Source: Nitrososphaerota archaeon
GTDB taxonomy: Archaea; Thermoproteota; Nitrososphaeria; Nitrososphaerales; Gagatemarchaeaceae
Direction of reading: 5' to 3'
Length of the DNA: 64,000 bases
NCBI GenBank assembly: GCA_029785215.1
Contig: JAFMAB010000003.1
Span: 9,430 to 73,429 of the forward strand
Under the pieces are notes generated by a model. It was not told where the DNA came from. It saw nothing but the letters and a program-made list of their open reading frames with translations, and ran no database searches. A program made the position numbers and the translations under genes. Shown piece by piece: positions 1-9,379 of the stretch (the stretch's first letter is position 1; the number at the start of each line of letters is the position of its first letter).

Positions 1-600
1 GCCCTCCGCCGCATCATGGAGGAGAACTCCGAGCACACCCGTTTCATACTCATCTGCAACTATTCGTCAGGTATAATCGAGCCTCTGCAGAGCCGGTGCG
101 CGATCTTCAGGTTCCAGAGATACGGTGAGGGATCCGTGGTGGAGCACCTGAAGGCAATCGCGAGGAAGGAGAGGCTGAAACACTCGGGGGAGTCAGCGTT
201 CGCCGCGATCTACGAAGCCACCCAGGGCGACCTGAGACAGGCGATCAATATGCTGCAGGCAGCGTCCGCCACAGGCGAAATCACCCTAGACTCGGTGAAA
301 TCCGTGACCGGCACCGCTGTGAAAGGGCGCGTGGCGGACGTCATGGAGGCGGCCCTCGGCGGCGACTTCGAAGCGGCCAGGTCGAAGATGGTAGAGCTTA
401 CGCGGGTCTACGGCGTCCCGGAGCGAGATTTCCTGAAGTACGCCAACGAGTCCCTGGGGGGCCTCAAGGCCCCAGAACTAGGCAAGGTCATATCCATCCT
501 CGCCGAGTACGACTTCCGCCTCGTGCAGGGGTCGCAGCCTGAGCTCCAACTCACCGCAATGCTCGCCCAGATCTCCTCGCTGAAGGAGAAGGCAAGCTAG
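1..600 (+). CDS. rfcS: Replication factor C small subunit, C-terminal part (5' end outside window)
   Basis: Frame is open from nt 1. ALRRIMEENSEHTRFILICNY...PLQSRCAIFRF matches clamp-loader small-subunit motifs. TAG stop at 598-600. Confidence 0.85.
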   Translation, partial: ALRRIMEENSEHTRFILICNYSSGIIEPLQSRCAIFRFQRYGEGSVVEHLKAIARKERLKHSGESAFAAIYEATQGDLRQAINMLQAASATGEITLDSVKSVTGTAVKGRVADVMEAALGGDFEAARSKMVELTRVYGVPERDFLKYANESLGGLKAPELGKVISILAEYDFRLVQGSQPELQLTAMLAQISSLKEKAS

Positions 601-602
601 AG

Positions 603-1871
603 TTGGACCTCGCGCTCCCCAGGGGGGTAGACGACGTGGGGCCGGACAGGTACGCGCTTCACTCGAGGGTGAGGTCGGCCTTCGAGGAGGTGACGCGGCT
701 CTACAACTTCCAGTTGATGGAGCCGGCTTCGCTTGAGCACCTCGGCGTCCTCAGAGCCAAGAGCGGCGAAGCGGTCGACAAGGAGATCTACGCCTTCAAG
801 GACAAGGGAGGAAGGGACATCGGGCTCAGGTTCGACATGACCGTGGGTATGACCCGCTACGTCTGCTCTCGTAAAGGGCTGAGGCTCCCGGTCAAGCTAG
901 CCGCTTCCGGGGGGATCTGGCGCTACGACGAGCCCCAGTACGGGAGGTACAGGTGGTCCCATCAGTGGGACCTGGAAGTGTTCGGACCTCCGTCAGTCGA
1001 AATCGACGCCGAGGTGTTGGACGCATGCTCGACCATGCTCAGCAGGCTTGGGCTGTCGGAAGCTACGATAAAGATAGGCGACAGGAGGGTGGTGGAGAGC
1101 TTCATCCGAGGGAAGGTCGGAATCACCGACGAGACCCAGTTAGTCGACCTGATGAGGGCCCTTGACAAGGTCGAGAAGAAGGCTGCTGACGAGCTGACCG
1201 GCGAATATGTGGGGAAAGGATTCGACCCTGAACAGGTGCGCGAGTTGCTAGGCTTCGGTAGCATACGCGGGCGTCCTGACGATGTCCTCTCGAAGGTCTC
1301 TGAGCTGGGCCAGGATGCGACCAAGGACCTCCGGGTCTTGGCTGACATCCTCGATTCCAGAGGGGTGCGGAACGTGGAGTACAACATGAGCATAGTGCGT
1401 GGTATTGACTACTACACCGGGATAGTCTTCGAAGCCGCGGACAACAGGAACCCGCGGCTCGGTTCGCTCTTCGGGGGCGGGAGGTACGACGCCCTTCCCA
1501 GGATGTTCGGACGGCCAGACCTCTCGGCCACCGGGGCGGCAGGGGGGATCGAGAGGATGGCGCTGTCCATCGCCGCCCAGACCAGGACCGCCGGGCTGCT
1601 GGTCTATGTCGCAGTTGCTGGTGGAGGCTCGGCCTACGCCGCGAAGGTCAGGAAGGCCCTGATGGACGCGGGGATCCCGTGCGAGGCCTCACTTCAGGAT
1701 AGGCAACTGTCGAAGCAGCTAGAAGACGCCAGTCGGATCGGGGCCACATGGGCCGTGATTACAGGTGATAGGGAAGCCAAGGCCGGGTCTGTCACCCTAC
1801 GGGACATGAAGGGGCGCACCGAGGAGACCATGCCGCTGGAGGACGCTGTCAAGCGGATATCGCGCGCCTGA
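603..1871 (+). CDS. hisS: Histidyl-tRNA synthetase
   Basis: TTG start 3 nt after the rfc stop. Class II motifs are present: LRFDMTVGMTRY, GGIWRYDEPQYGRYR, GGGRYD. Confidence 0.9.
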   Translation: MDLALPRGVDDVGPDRYALHSRVRSAFEEVTRLYNFQLMEPASLEHLGVLRAKSGEAVDKEIYAFKDKGGRDIGLRFDMTVGMTRYVCSRKGLRLPVKLAASGGIWRYDEPQYGRYRWSHQWDLEVFGPPSVEIDAEVLDACSTMLSRLGLSEATIKIGDRRVVESFIRGKVGITDETQLVDLMRALDKVEKKAADELTGEYVGKGFDPEQVRELLGFGSIRGRPDDVLSKVSELGQDATKDLRVLADILDSRGVRNVEYNMSIVRGIDYYTGIVFEAADNRNPRLGSLFGGGRYDALPRMFGRPDLSATGAAGGIERMALSIAAQTRTAGLLVYVAVAGGGSAYAAKVRKALMDAGIPCEASLQDRQLSKQLEDASRIGATWAVITGDREAKAGSVTLRDMKGRTEETMPLEDAVKRISRA

Positions 1872-1918
1872 GACCTGCCGTAATCTTTAATCGAAGGCCC
1901 CCGCTCGTCTGGTGAGGC

Positions 1919-2149
1919 ATGGAACGGGCGATAGTACTGGTGAACCTGAGCCCAGGTTCAGAAGAGCAGAACATCACTACGCTGAAGGGGACTCCGGGCA
2001 TAAAGTCTGTCTATCAGCTGTATGGGCTCTATGACCTGCTCGTCATGGTGGAGGGTGCGGACGACCAGGCTGTAAAGTCCATCATAGCGGAGAATCTCAG
2101 GTCGAAGCCAGGGGTGGTCTCCACTATAACGATGAAGATACTTCTCTGA
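1919..2149 (+). CDS. Stand-alone Lrp/AsnC-type ligand-binding (RAM) domain protein
   Basis: 76 aa with a beta-alpha-beta-beta-alpha-beta-like pattern (VKSVYQLYGLYDLLVMVEGAD). An A/T box lies about 30 nt upstream. Confidence 0.5.
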   Translation: MERAIVLVNLSPGSEEQNITTLKGTPGIKSVYQLYGLYDLLVMVEGADDQAVKSIIAENLRSKPGVVSTITMKILL

Positions 2150-2190
2150 GCCGCTAATGCTTAAACGCGTTACGCCTGCGCCTTCCTGAG

Positions 2191-3159
2191 TTGGCCCCCA
2201 AGGTCTTGGTCACAGGCTCGGCTGGCCAGATTGGCGCTGAGCTAGTCCCTCGTCTCCGTTCTCACTACGGCAAGGACAACGTGGTCGCGGCTGTCCACGC
2301 GTCCCAGGGGGACCCGTCTCTCAGTGATGGCCCCCTGGTCGTCCTCGACACCGGAGATCAAGCAGCCGTCGTCGCAGCCCTGAAGGAGTACAAGGTCGGC
2401 ACCGTCTATCACCTCGCGGCGCTTCTGTCCGCGAAGGGGGAGAAGGACCCCCAGCTAGCTTGGACTGTGAACATGGACGGGCTAAGGAACGTCCTCGAAG
2501 CCTCCAGGACCAACGGCGTTTCGCATGTGTTCTGGCCGAGTTCCATAGGCGCTTTCGGTCCCGACGCGCCCAAGACCAACACCCCTCAGAATGCCCCCTT
2601 GAACCCCACGACTATGTATGGGGTGACGAAGGTCGCCGGAGAGCTTCTCTGCAACTATTACCACGCGAAGTATGGACTCGACGTCCGTTGCCTCCGATAC
2701 CCTGGCCTGATCAGCAGCGTCGCTCTTCCCGGAGGTGGGACCACGGATTATGCCGTGGAGATCTTCTATGAAGCCATCAGGATGGGGTCGTACACCTGTT
2801 TCTTGCGTGAAGACACCGTCCTCCCTATGATGTACATGCCAGACGCCCTAAAGGCCGCTGTCCAATTGATGGAGGCACCCGCGCCCAAGGTCCCTCGACA
2901 CCTAGGTTACAATGTTGCTGCGTTCAGTTTTTCTGCCGGAGAACTAGCGTCCGAGGTTGCGAAGCTAGTCCCAGGGTTCAAGGTGGCCTATTCCCCTGAC
3001 TCCCGTCAGAATATAGCCGACTCCTGGCCCCAGTCCATCGACGATACAGAGGCGAGGCGAGACTGGGGGTGGGAGCCTGAGTACGACCTAGCCGGGATGG
3101 TGGCCGACATGCTGGCCAAGCTCAGGTCCAGGCTGAGGCGTGCGGGGAAAGGCGTTTAA
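2191..3159 (+). CDS. tdh: NAD-dependent epimerase/dehydratase-fold L-threonine 3-dehydrogenase
   Basis: N-terminal VLVTGSAGQIGAEL Rossmann motif and YGVTK catalytic Tyr-x3-Lys. It sits directly upstream of kbl. Confidence 0.7.
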   Translation: MAPKVLVTGSAGQIGAELVPRLRSHYGKDNVVAAVHASQGDPSLSDGPLVVLDTGDQAAVVAALKEYKVGTVYHLAALLSAKGEKDPQLAWTVNMDGLRNVLEASRTNGVSHVFWPSSIGAFGPDAPKTNTPQNAPLNPTTMYGVTKVAGELLCNYYHAKYGLDVRCLRYPGLISSVALPGGGTTDYAVEIFYEAIRMGSYTCFLREDTVLPMMYMPDALKAAVQLMEAPAPKVPRHLGYNVAAFSFSAGELASEVAKLVPGFKVAYSPDSRQNIADSWPQSIDDTEARRDWGWEPEYDLAGMVADMLAKLRSRLRRAGKGV

Positions 3160-3184
3160 CCATAAGGAGGGGCGGTTGCCATCA

Positions 3185-4396
3185 ATGAGGGATCCTACCG
3201 CTTTTCTCGCACAAGAGTTTGGTGATCTTGTCCGCCAGGAGCTCGACTGGAAGCTCCGTATCCTTGGAGGACCGAGCACTTCGTGGTGCACTGTCGACGG
3301 GAAGAGGGTCCTGATGTTCTGTTCCAACAACTACCTCGGGCTCAGCAACCACCCCAAGCTGAAGGAGGCGGCCATCGAAGCCATCAGGACCCACGGCGCA
3401 GGCTCGGGCTCGGTCAGACCCATCGCGGGGAACATGGACATCCACGTGGAACTCGAGAAGCGCCTTGCAAAGTTCAAGGGCGCCGAAGCCTCGCTCGTAT
3501 ACCAGACAGGCTTCGCGGCGAACTCCGGACTGATCCCACAGTTGGCAGGAAAGGGGGACCTGATCATAAGCGACGAGCTGAACCATGGAAGCATAATCGA
3601 CGGGGTCAGGCTTTCAGCTGCCGATCGCAAGGTCTACAAACACGCTGACATGGACGACCTTGCCCGGGTGCTCGCGGAGGCTGAGAAGACGGCTCCAGCT
3701 TACAGGCGCATCTTGATAATCACAGACGGCGTCTTCTCGATGGACGGCGACGTGGCGCCCCTCGACAAGGTCGCAGCCCTCGGCGCCGAGCACGGAGCCA
3801 TGGTGTATGTCGATGACGCCCATGGCGAAGGCGTCCTCGGCGATGGAGGAAGAGGGATTGTCTCTCACTTCGGCCTTAAGAGGGACAAGGTCCAGGTGGA
3901 GATGGGGACGTTCTCCAAGGCGTTCGGCGTCGTGGGCGGGCATGTATCGGGTTCGAAGGACCTCGTAAACTTCGCCTACAACAAGTCCCGCACCTGGCTT
4001 CTGAGCGGGTCCCACCCGCCGGCGGTCGCCGCAGCCTGTCTGGCAGCCGTAGACGTGCTGGAGCACGAACCGCAGCACGTCCAGAAGCTCTGGGACAACA
4101 CCCGTTACTTCAAGAAGGCCATGAAAGACCTTGGCTTCGACATCGGCAACAGCGAGACCCCCATAACTCCGGTGATGGTCGGAGAGAGCGGGAAGGCAAA
4201 GAAGCTCAGCTCCAGGCTCTTTGAAATCGGAGTCTTCGCCCTCCCCATCGTGTACCCGATGGTCGCCCAAGGCAAGGCGAGGATCAGGACCATCATGAAT
4301 GCAGCCCTGACGAAGGAGGACCTCGACTTCGCCATAGGCGCCTTCGAGACCGCTGGGAAGGAGCTCGGCGTGGTCATTGCTCAAGGCCATGCTTAG
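3185..4396 (+). CDS. kbl: 2-amino-3-ketobutyrate CoA ligase (glycine C-acetyltransferase)
   Basis: Collinear with E. coli Kbl from memory (NNYLGL, DELNHGSIIDG, TDGVFSMDG, GTFSKA PLP-Lys). The ORF opens at GTG 3140, but ATG 3185 follows an AAGGAGGGG box. Confidence 0.85.
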   Translation: MRDPTAFLAQEFGDLVRQELDWKLRILGGPSTSWCTVDGKRVLMFCSNNYLGLSNHPKLKEAAIEAIRTHGAGSGSVRPIAGNMDIHVELEKRLAKFKGAEASLVYQTGFAANSGLIPQLAGKGDLIISDELNHGSIIDGVRLSAADRKVYKHADMDDLARVLAEAEKTAPAYRRILIITDGVFSMDGDVAPLDKVAALGAEHGAMVYVDDAHGEGVLGDGGRGIVSHFGLKRDKVQVEMGTFSKAFGVVGGHVSGSKDLVNFAYNKSRTWLLSGSHPPAVAAACLAAVDVLEHEPQHVQKLWDNTRYFKKAMKDLGFDIGNSETPITPVMVGESGKAKKLSSRLFEIGVFALPIVYPMVAQGKARIRTIMNAALTKEDLDFAIGAFETAGKELGVVIAQGHA

Positions 4397-4444
4397 ACTG
4401 CGTACAGGTTAAGAGCTAGGCCTGGTGACGCCAGAAGAAGCAGG

Positions 4445-4867
4445 TTGACCTTCCGCTATCTCCCTGATGTGGCACTCGCCGACGTTGCGTTCGAGGCTGA
4501 AGCCGGGTCACTCGGCGAGCTCTTCGAATCCTGCGCCCTCGCACTAACTGATATCATGGTGGACCCGGCGACGCTCAAGCCCGCGGTAGCGCGAGAAATA
4601 TCCCTGGAATCAGACGACGCAGACAGGCTCCTGTACGACTTCCTCACTGAGCTCATAGTAGCCAAGGACGTGGACTCGCTCCTCTTCAGGGAGTACAGCG
4701 TAGAAACAGCACCCGACGGCCGCTCGCTCCGGGCGACGGCGCGGGGGGAGCTAATCGACAGGGAACGCCACTCACTAAGGAACGACGTGAAGGCCGTGAC
4801 CATGCACATGTTCGGCATCAGGCACGAGGGGGGCAGGTGGATGGCGACGGTCGTCCTCGACATCTGA
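4445..4867 (+). CDS. Archease (RtcB activator)
   Basis: FRYLPDVALADVAFEAEAGSLGELFE...VKAVTMH pattern; immediately upstream of rtcB. Confidence 0.85.
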   Translation: MTFRYLPDVALADVAFEAEAGSLGELFESCALALTDIMVDPATLKPAVAREISLESDDADRLLYDFLTELIVAKDVDSLLFREYSVETAPDGRSLRATARGELIDRERHSLRNDVKAVTMHMFGIRHEGGRWMATVVLDI

Positions 4868-4924
4868 GACCTCCAAACCCTTAAAGGCTCAACTCGCAGG
4901 CAAGGAAAAGGGCAGGGGCTCTGG

Positions 4925-6382
4925 GTGGCACAGACAAGCTCTTTCAAGCAGCTTTCAGATTACTCGTGGGAGATTCCACAGTCCTACAAGCCGGGGATGA
5001 ATGTCCCCGCGAAGATCTATGCCACGCGCAAGCTCCTCGAAGCGATGGACACCGGCGTGATCGAGCAGGTGACCAACGTCGCCTGCCTCCCGGGGATCGT
5101 CAGGCAGGCCTATGCCATGGCCGACGCTCATTGGGGGTATGGGTTCCCGATAGGAGGAGTGGCAGCGTTCGACATCGAGGACGGGATAATCTCGCCTGGA
5201 GGGATTGGTTTCGACATTAACTGTGGGATGCGTTTGATACGGACGAATCTTACGTACTCAGAAGTCAAACCAAAGATAAAGGAGCTAGTCGACCTCATCT
5301 TCAAACTCGTCCCCGCAGGAGTAGGCGTGAAGGGGTTCCTGAGGGTCAGCGAGCCTCAGTTCGACGAGATCATGAAGTACGGGGTGAAGTGGTGCGCCGA
5401 GAATGGCCAGGCGTGGGAGGACGACCCGGCCCACGTAGAAGAGGGGGGTTACATCAAGGGGGCTGACCCGTCCAAGGTCAGTCGCCAGGCCCGGACCAGA
5501 GGGATCGACCAGCTCGGGACGCTGGGTTCAGGCAACCATTACCTCGAAGTTCAGGTGGTCGACCCTGCCAGGTACTTCGACCAAGAACTTGCAAGGCACT
5601 TCGGAATCGTCCAGGATGACCAGGTCCTGGTCATGATACACTGTGGAAGCCGCGGGTTCGGCCACCAGATAGGGAGCGACTACCTCCGCGTCTTCGACGG
5701 TGCTATGAAGAGACATGGAATCCAGGTCAAGGACAGAGAGCTAGCTTGCGCCCCCTTCGCGTCGAAGGAGGGTAAGGACTACTACGGGGCAATGGTCTGC
5801 GCGGCCAACATGGCCTTCACAAACAGGCAGATCATAGTGCAGAGGGTCAGGGAGGCCTTCTCCAGGACATTCCACAGGGAAGCCGAGGCCCTCGACATGC
5901 ACCTCATCTACGACGTATGCCACAACGTAGCGAAGGTGGAGAGGCATTCCTACGAAGGCAAGAGTGCTGATGTCCTCGTGCACAGGAAGGGGGCGACGCG
6001 CAGCTTCGGCCCGGGGCACCCGGACATCCCCGCTCCATACCGGGGAATAGGACAGCCCGTGATTATAGGAGGGTCCATGGAGACCGGGTCCTACCTGCTA
6101 GTCGGGTCCCAGAAGGCCATGGAGGAGACCTTCGGTTCAACTGCGCATGGGTCAGGGAGGACCATGTCCAGGACAGCCGCGAGGCGCGAAGTGCACGGTG
6201 CGGAGCTGCAGCGTAGAATGCTGGACCGAGGCATCTATGTGAAGGCTGCCACCATGGACGGCCTCGCAGAGGAGGCCGGGATGGCCTACAAAGACATCTC
6301 CGAGGTGGTGGAGACCATGGACAGGGCAGGGATTTCCAAGAAGGTCGTGGCGCTCCGGCCCATTGGCAACATCAAGGGGTGA
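4925..6382 (+). CDS. rtcB: RNA-splicing ligase RtcB
   Basis: GGIGFDINCGMR, GSGNHYLEVQ, HCGSRGFGHQ and HRKGATR motifs. Confidence 0.95.
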   Translation: MAQTSSFKQLSDYSWEIPQSYKPGMNVPAKIYATRKLLEAMDTGVIEQVTNVACLPGIVRQAYAMADAHWGYGFPIGGVAAFDIEDGIISPGGIGFDINCGMRLIRTNLTYSEVKPKIKELVDLIFKLVPAGVGVKGFLRVSEPQFDEIMKYGVKWCAENGQAWEDDPAHVEEGGYIKGADPSKVSRQARTRGIDQLGTLGSGNHYLEVQVVDPARYFDQELARHFGIVQDDQVLVMIHCGSRGFGHQIGSDYLRVFDGAMKRHGIQVKDRELACAPFASKEGKDYYGAMVCAANMAFTNRQIIVQRVREAFSRTFHREAEALDMHLIYDVCHNVAKVERHSYEGKSADVLVHRKGATRSFGPGHPDIPAPYRGIGQPVIIGGSMETGSYLLVGSQKAMEETFGSTAHGSGRTMSRTAARREVHGAELQRRMLDRGIYVKAATMDGLAEEAGMAYKDISEVVETMDRAGISKKVVALRPIGNIKG

Positions 6383-6530
6383 GCTAGGATGCTCACGCTG
6401 CACCTACCCACCGGAGGCGTGATGCTGCTTGTCTCAGTCGGGCTGGCCGTTCTTTGGGCGGTGGTGTCAGTCCCGGTGAACTTCGCGGAAAAGTTGGTCA
6501 AGGGGAGACAGGGCCACCTTCGGCGGCGCG

Positions 6531-6791
6531 ATGGGCGCTAACTTGGGTGGGGTTGTGGTCTACTACGTCGTGTACCTCGTGGTCGCTTTCGCTCTGGGCG
6601 CGGTCATGGACTCACCGGCGCTAGCGGTGGCTCTCGCCCTCGGCCTCCTGGGCTGGTTGGCTGTCTTCAGGCGGGCATTCCACACCTCCTTGCTCGGCGC
6701 CGTCGCAGTCGTAGTCCTGGCGTGGCTCATACTGATGGTCTTGGACGTGGCTCTGACAGGCGTCTTCGGGGTCAGCCTCCCCGCCTTCTAA
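6531..6791 (+). CDS. Small polytopic membrane protein; possibly the 3' part of a longer gene starting at 6389
   Basis: Highly hydrophobic 86 aa. The upstream 50-codon ORF 6389-6541 also has a TM segment and joins this frame if one G is added at 6502-6505. Confidence 0.4.
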   Translation: MGANLGGVVVYYVVYLVVAFALGAVMDSPALAVALALGLLGWLAVFRRAFHTSLLGAVAVVVLAWLILMVLDVALTGVFGVSLPAF

Positions 6792-6793
6792 CT

Positions 6794-7567
6794 CTATCCG
6801 ATGTAGCCTGGTCTCTGTTCGCGCGACGACTGTGGAGCTGCCTCACGAGACTGTTCCGCCATCGCCTGGAGCTGGCTGATCACCTTCTGCGTCTCTTCGG
6901 CCCTCTCGTTCAGCCTGGACGTGTCCATCGGGATGTCTAGCACCCTCGACAGCAGCTCGAGGACGGCCTTGGAGGCCGCAGCGTCGACGACATAGCCTGA
7001 CGTCTCCCCGAGGAGGCACGCGCCTTCCAATCCCCTGAGCGCCCCCACCCCTATGAGCAGCCCGTTCATTCCGCTGATCCCGCCGTCCTTCATCAGCGTG
7101 ACTCCGCTGGCAGACAGTACGTCTGCCATCTCCTTGCATGTTCCTGCACCGTACACCTTTGGAGACTTTGTGAAGGAGCCTGTTATGTAGGCCGCCAGCG
7201 TATAGACTCTCTTCACCCCGCACTTCTTCGCGAACTTTACCACCTTGTCCGAAAGCTCATACTCTCCTTCGGAGGTCGTCGGCTGGGTGTCGGCGGTGAA
7301 TACCATGATGCTCCTCTTCCCCTTCATGGACGCGAAGAAGAGCTCGCCCTTGGGAGGCTCAGCTATCCCGTCTTCCTTCACACTCACCTGAGGCGGGAAT
7401 GCGGCGCTGGTGTACTCAGCGATCTTTTTCAGCCTGAGCGAGGTCACCAGGTGGTCCGCCGCGAGCTTCCCCACGTAGCCGCTCCCGGGGAGCCCGCAGA
7501 CAAGGACAGGCTGCCGGCCCCTTGGGACCGAGAGAACCCTCTCTTTGACGACCGTCGCGGCGCTCAT
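6794..7567 (-). CDS. PAC2-family proteasome assembly chaperone
   Basis: The LVCGLPGSGYVGKLAADHLV N-terminal motif and overall length are typical of archaeal PAC2/COG1938 proteins. Confidence 0.7.
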   Translation of the reverse strand: MSAATVVKERVLSVPRGRQPVLVCGLPGSGYVGKLAADHLVTSLRLKKIAEYTSAAFPPQVSVKEDGIAEPPKGELFFASMKGKRSIMVFTADTQPTTSEGEYELSDKVVKFAKKCGVKRVYTLAAYITGSFTKSPKVYGAGTCKEMADVLSASGVTLMKDGGISGMNGLLIGVGALRGLEGACLLGETSGYVVDAAASKAVLELLSRVLDIPMDTSRLNERAEETQKVISQLQAMAEQSREAAPQSSREQRPGYIG

Positions 7568-7938
7568 TCCTCCCTCTTCCCGAGCTTCTCGCTCAGGTCA
7601 ACAAGCTTCCCCTGGTCCATCACCTTGATCGATGTCTTCATCCGGAACCTCAGCCCGAGCTGCCGGAATATGGATAGCAGTTCGCCCCCTCCAATCGTTC
7701 CGTTCAGCCGGCCGGCACGAACCATCCCCGCGAGCTCTTTGACCAGCCTCTCCGTCTCGGCGGGATAGAACGAGTACGCCGTCTCAAGAACCTCGGCCCC
7801 TCTGTCGTAGAGTATCCCCTCTACCACTTCCCTGTCGGTCTTCTCCTTTTTGGGAGCATGCTCCGCTGCTTTCAGTCTCTTCCTAAGCTCCTCGAGCTTC
7901 CGCTGCTCTAGGAGCTTCAGGTCGGTGTCTTCAGCCAT
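7564..7938 (-). CDS. PDCD5/TFAR19-like DNA-binding protein
   Basis: LLEQRKLEELRKRL N-terminus and a helical C-terminal pattern. ATG 7938 is preferred over 7992 because the A/T box at 7964-7975 lies about 26-37 nt upstream. Confidence 0.55.
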   Translation of the reverse strand: MAEDTDLKLLEQRKLEELRKRLKAAEHAPKKEKTDREVVEGILYDRGAEVLETAYSFYPAETERLVKELAGMVRAGRLNGTIGGGELLSIFRQLGLRFRMKTSIKVMDQGKLVDLSEKLGKREE

Positions 7939-8132
7939 TGCGTTCAGGTCGCTGGCTTCTGTCGCAATAAAACACTTGCTGACCGGCGGCACCAGGCGTG
8001 GAGGCCCTACCGCATATCGTCAGGCTCTGTTCGAGGGTGACACCAACGCAATTGGTACCCAGAATGGGACGGAATCCGTGGCCCTCACCCCCTGTTCTGC
8101 GGGGATGGGCCGCCTACTACGCCGAGCAGGCA

Positions 8133-8570
8133 CTATGGTTGGGTAATCTTGATACTCTGGGTTGGACAACTGGTTTCGCAGGCCATGCAGAAGATGCAGT
8201 CCATCTCTCTCACGGGGTCGCATTTGTCGCTCCTGTACTGGTTCCACTCGGGGGTCCCCTGTTCGACGACTTTGTCCTTCCCGGTGCCCGCCTGACCAGG
8301 GTTGAGCAACCATTCGAACACAAACACTGGACAGACATCCATGCAGACTCCGTCCGCGACGCACGACTCCCAGTCGATCGCCACCTGGGTGCCATGGACC
8401 CCATTGGTGGTCGGATACGGCTTTCCTTCACCGTCGTTCCTCGTGACTCCTGCTGCCCTTACCTTGTGCCCGTTGTGTTCCCCTGTTTCTGGGAACTGGT
8501 CGGGTTTCGACAGGAAGTTCGGGTCGATCGGTGCAGACTTGTAACCTACATCACGTGTCATGACTGTCAA
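8133..8570 (-). CDS. zfx: Zinc-containing di-cluster ferredoxin (Sulfolobus/Thermoplasma type)
   Basis: N-terminal IDPNF...GEHNGHKV extension plus CVADGVCMDVCP and CIFCMACETSCP cluster motifs. Confidence 0.85.
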   Translation of the reverse strand: MTVMTRDVGYKSAPIDPNFLSKPDQFPETGEHNGHKVRAAGVTRNDGEGKPYPTTNGVHGTQVAIDWESCVADGVCMDVCPVFVFEWLLNPGQAGTGKDKVVEQGTPEWNQYRSDKCDPVREMDCIFCMACETSCPTQSIKITQP

Positions 8571-8686
8571 ACATCGCCACCGTCAGGTAGTTATAAGTGA
8601 TACGGAGTCTAGACGTGACAGTCGCCTCTCCCTTCATCAGGCGCGCCCAAACGTCGCCTCTCGTCCCAGGACGACTTCGTTGAGAC

Positions 8687-9379
8687 CTATCCAGAGTTAG
8701 ACATGAGCTCGAAGCCTCCGTCGTCTCCGAGCCTGTAGACGGCGATTGGTTTTATCGTGAAGATCCCCACTTCGGCCACCCCGGGGATGGACTTCGCTCT
8801 CATTTCAAGGTCCCTCGGGTCGTCAATGGGATCGAACAGTGTGTCTAGGATCACGTTCCCGCTCTCAGTGAAGTACGGATACCCCTTGGGGAGGAGCCTC
8901 TCTTCTGGGGTGCCGCCGAGCGTCGAAAGCTTCAGCTTTGCGCTCTCCCTGGCCATCGGGACGACCTCGACTGGGACCCTCACGCCGTTTTCGCAGAGTT
9001 TCCTCGCGAACTTGGCTTCCCCCGCAACAATCACGGCGGACCTCGCGCCTCCCATGACGATCTTTTCTTTCAGCAGGGCCCCGCCTCCTCCCTTGACCAG
9101 GTTAAGTCCAGCGTCCACCTGGTCGGCGCCGTCTATTACGAGGTCGACCGAGCCCTTGAACGGTACGACCTCGACGCCGCACTTTGCCGCCGCCATCTCG
9201 ATCTGGGTCGAGGTCGCTACACCCCTGATCGTCTTCGACCTCGCCATCACTAGGGGAGACAGTTCCTCGAGGAGCGCCGCCACGGTCGAACCGCTGCCAA
9301 GGCCGAGAGTCATGCCCGGGGAGATCCGCTCGGCAAGCTCCTTGGCCACTCCCTTCAGGGCGTCCCTTGACTTGTCCAT
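8687..9379 (-). CDS. rpiA: Ribose-5-phosphate isomerase A
   Basis: GLGSGSTV, VIDGADQVD and KGGGGALLKEK motifs. Confidence 0.9.
   Translation of the reverse strand: MDKSRDALKGVAKELAERISPGMTLGLGSGSTVAALLEELSPLVMARSKTIRGVATSTQIEMAAAKCGVEVVPFKGSVDLVIDGADQVDAGLNLVKGGGGALLKEKIVMGGARSAVIVAGEAKFARKLCENGVRVPVEVVPMARESAKLKLSTLGGTPEERLLPKGYPYFTESGNVILDTLFDPIDDPRDLEMRAKSIPGVAEVGIFTIKPIAVYRLGDDGGFELMSNSG

Noticed and set aside
7993-8132. The 140-bp spacer upstream of the PDCD5-like gene as a possible small RNA gene.
   Set aside because: No conserved RNA motifs were seen. Part of it is explained by choosing the downstream ATG 7938 with its A/T box at 7964-7975.
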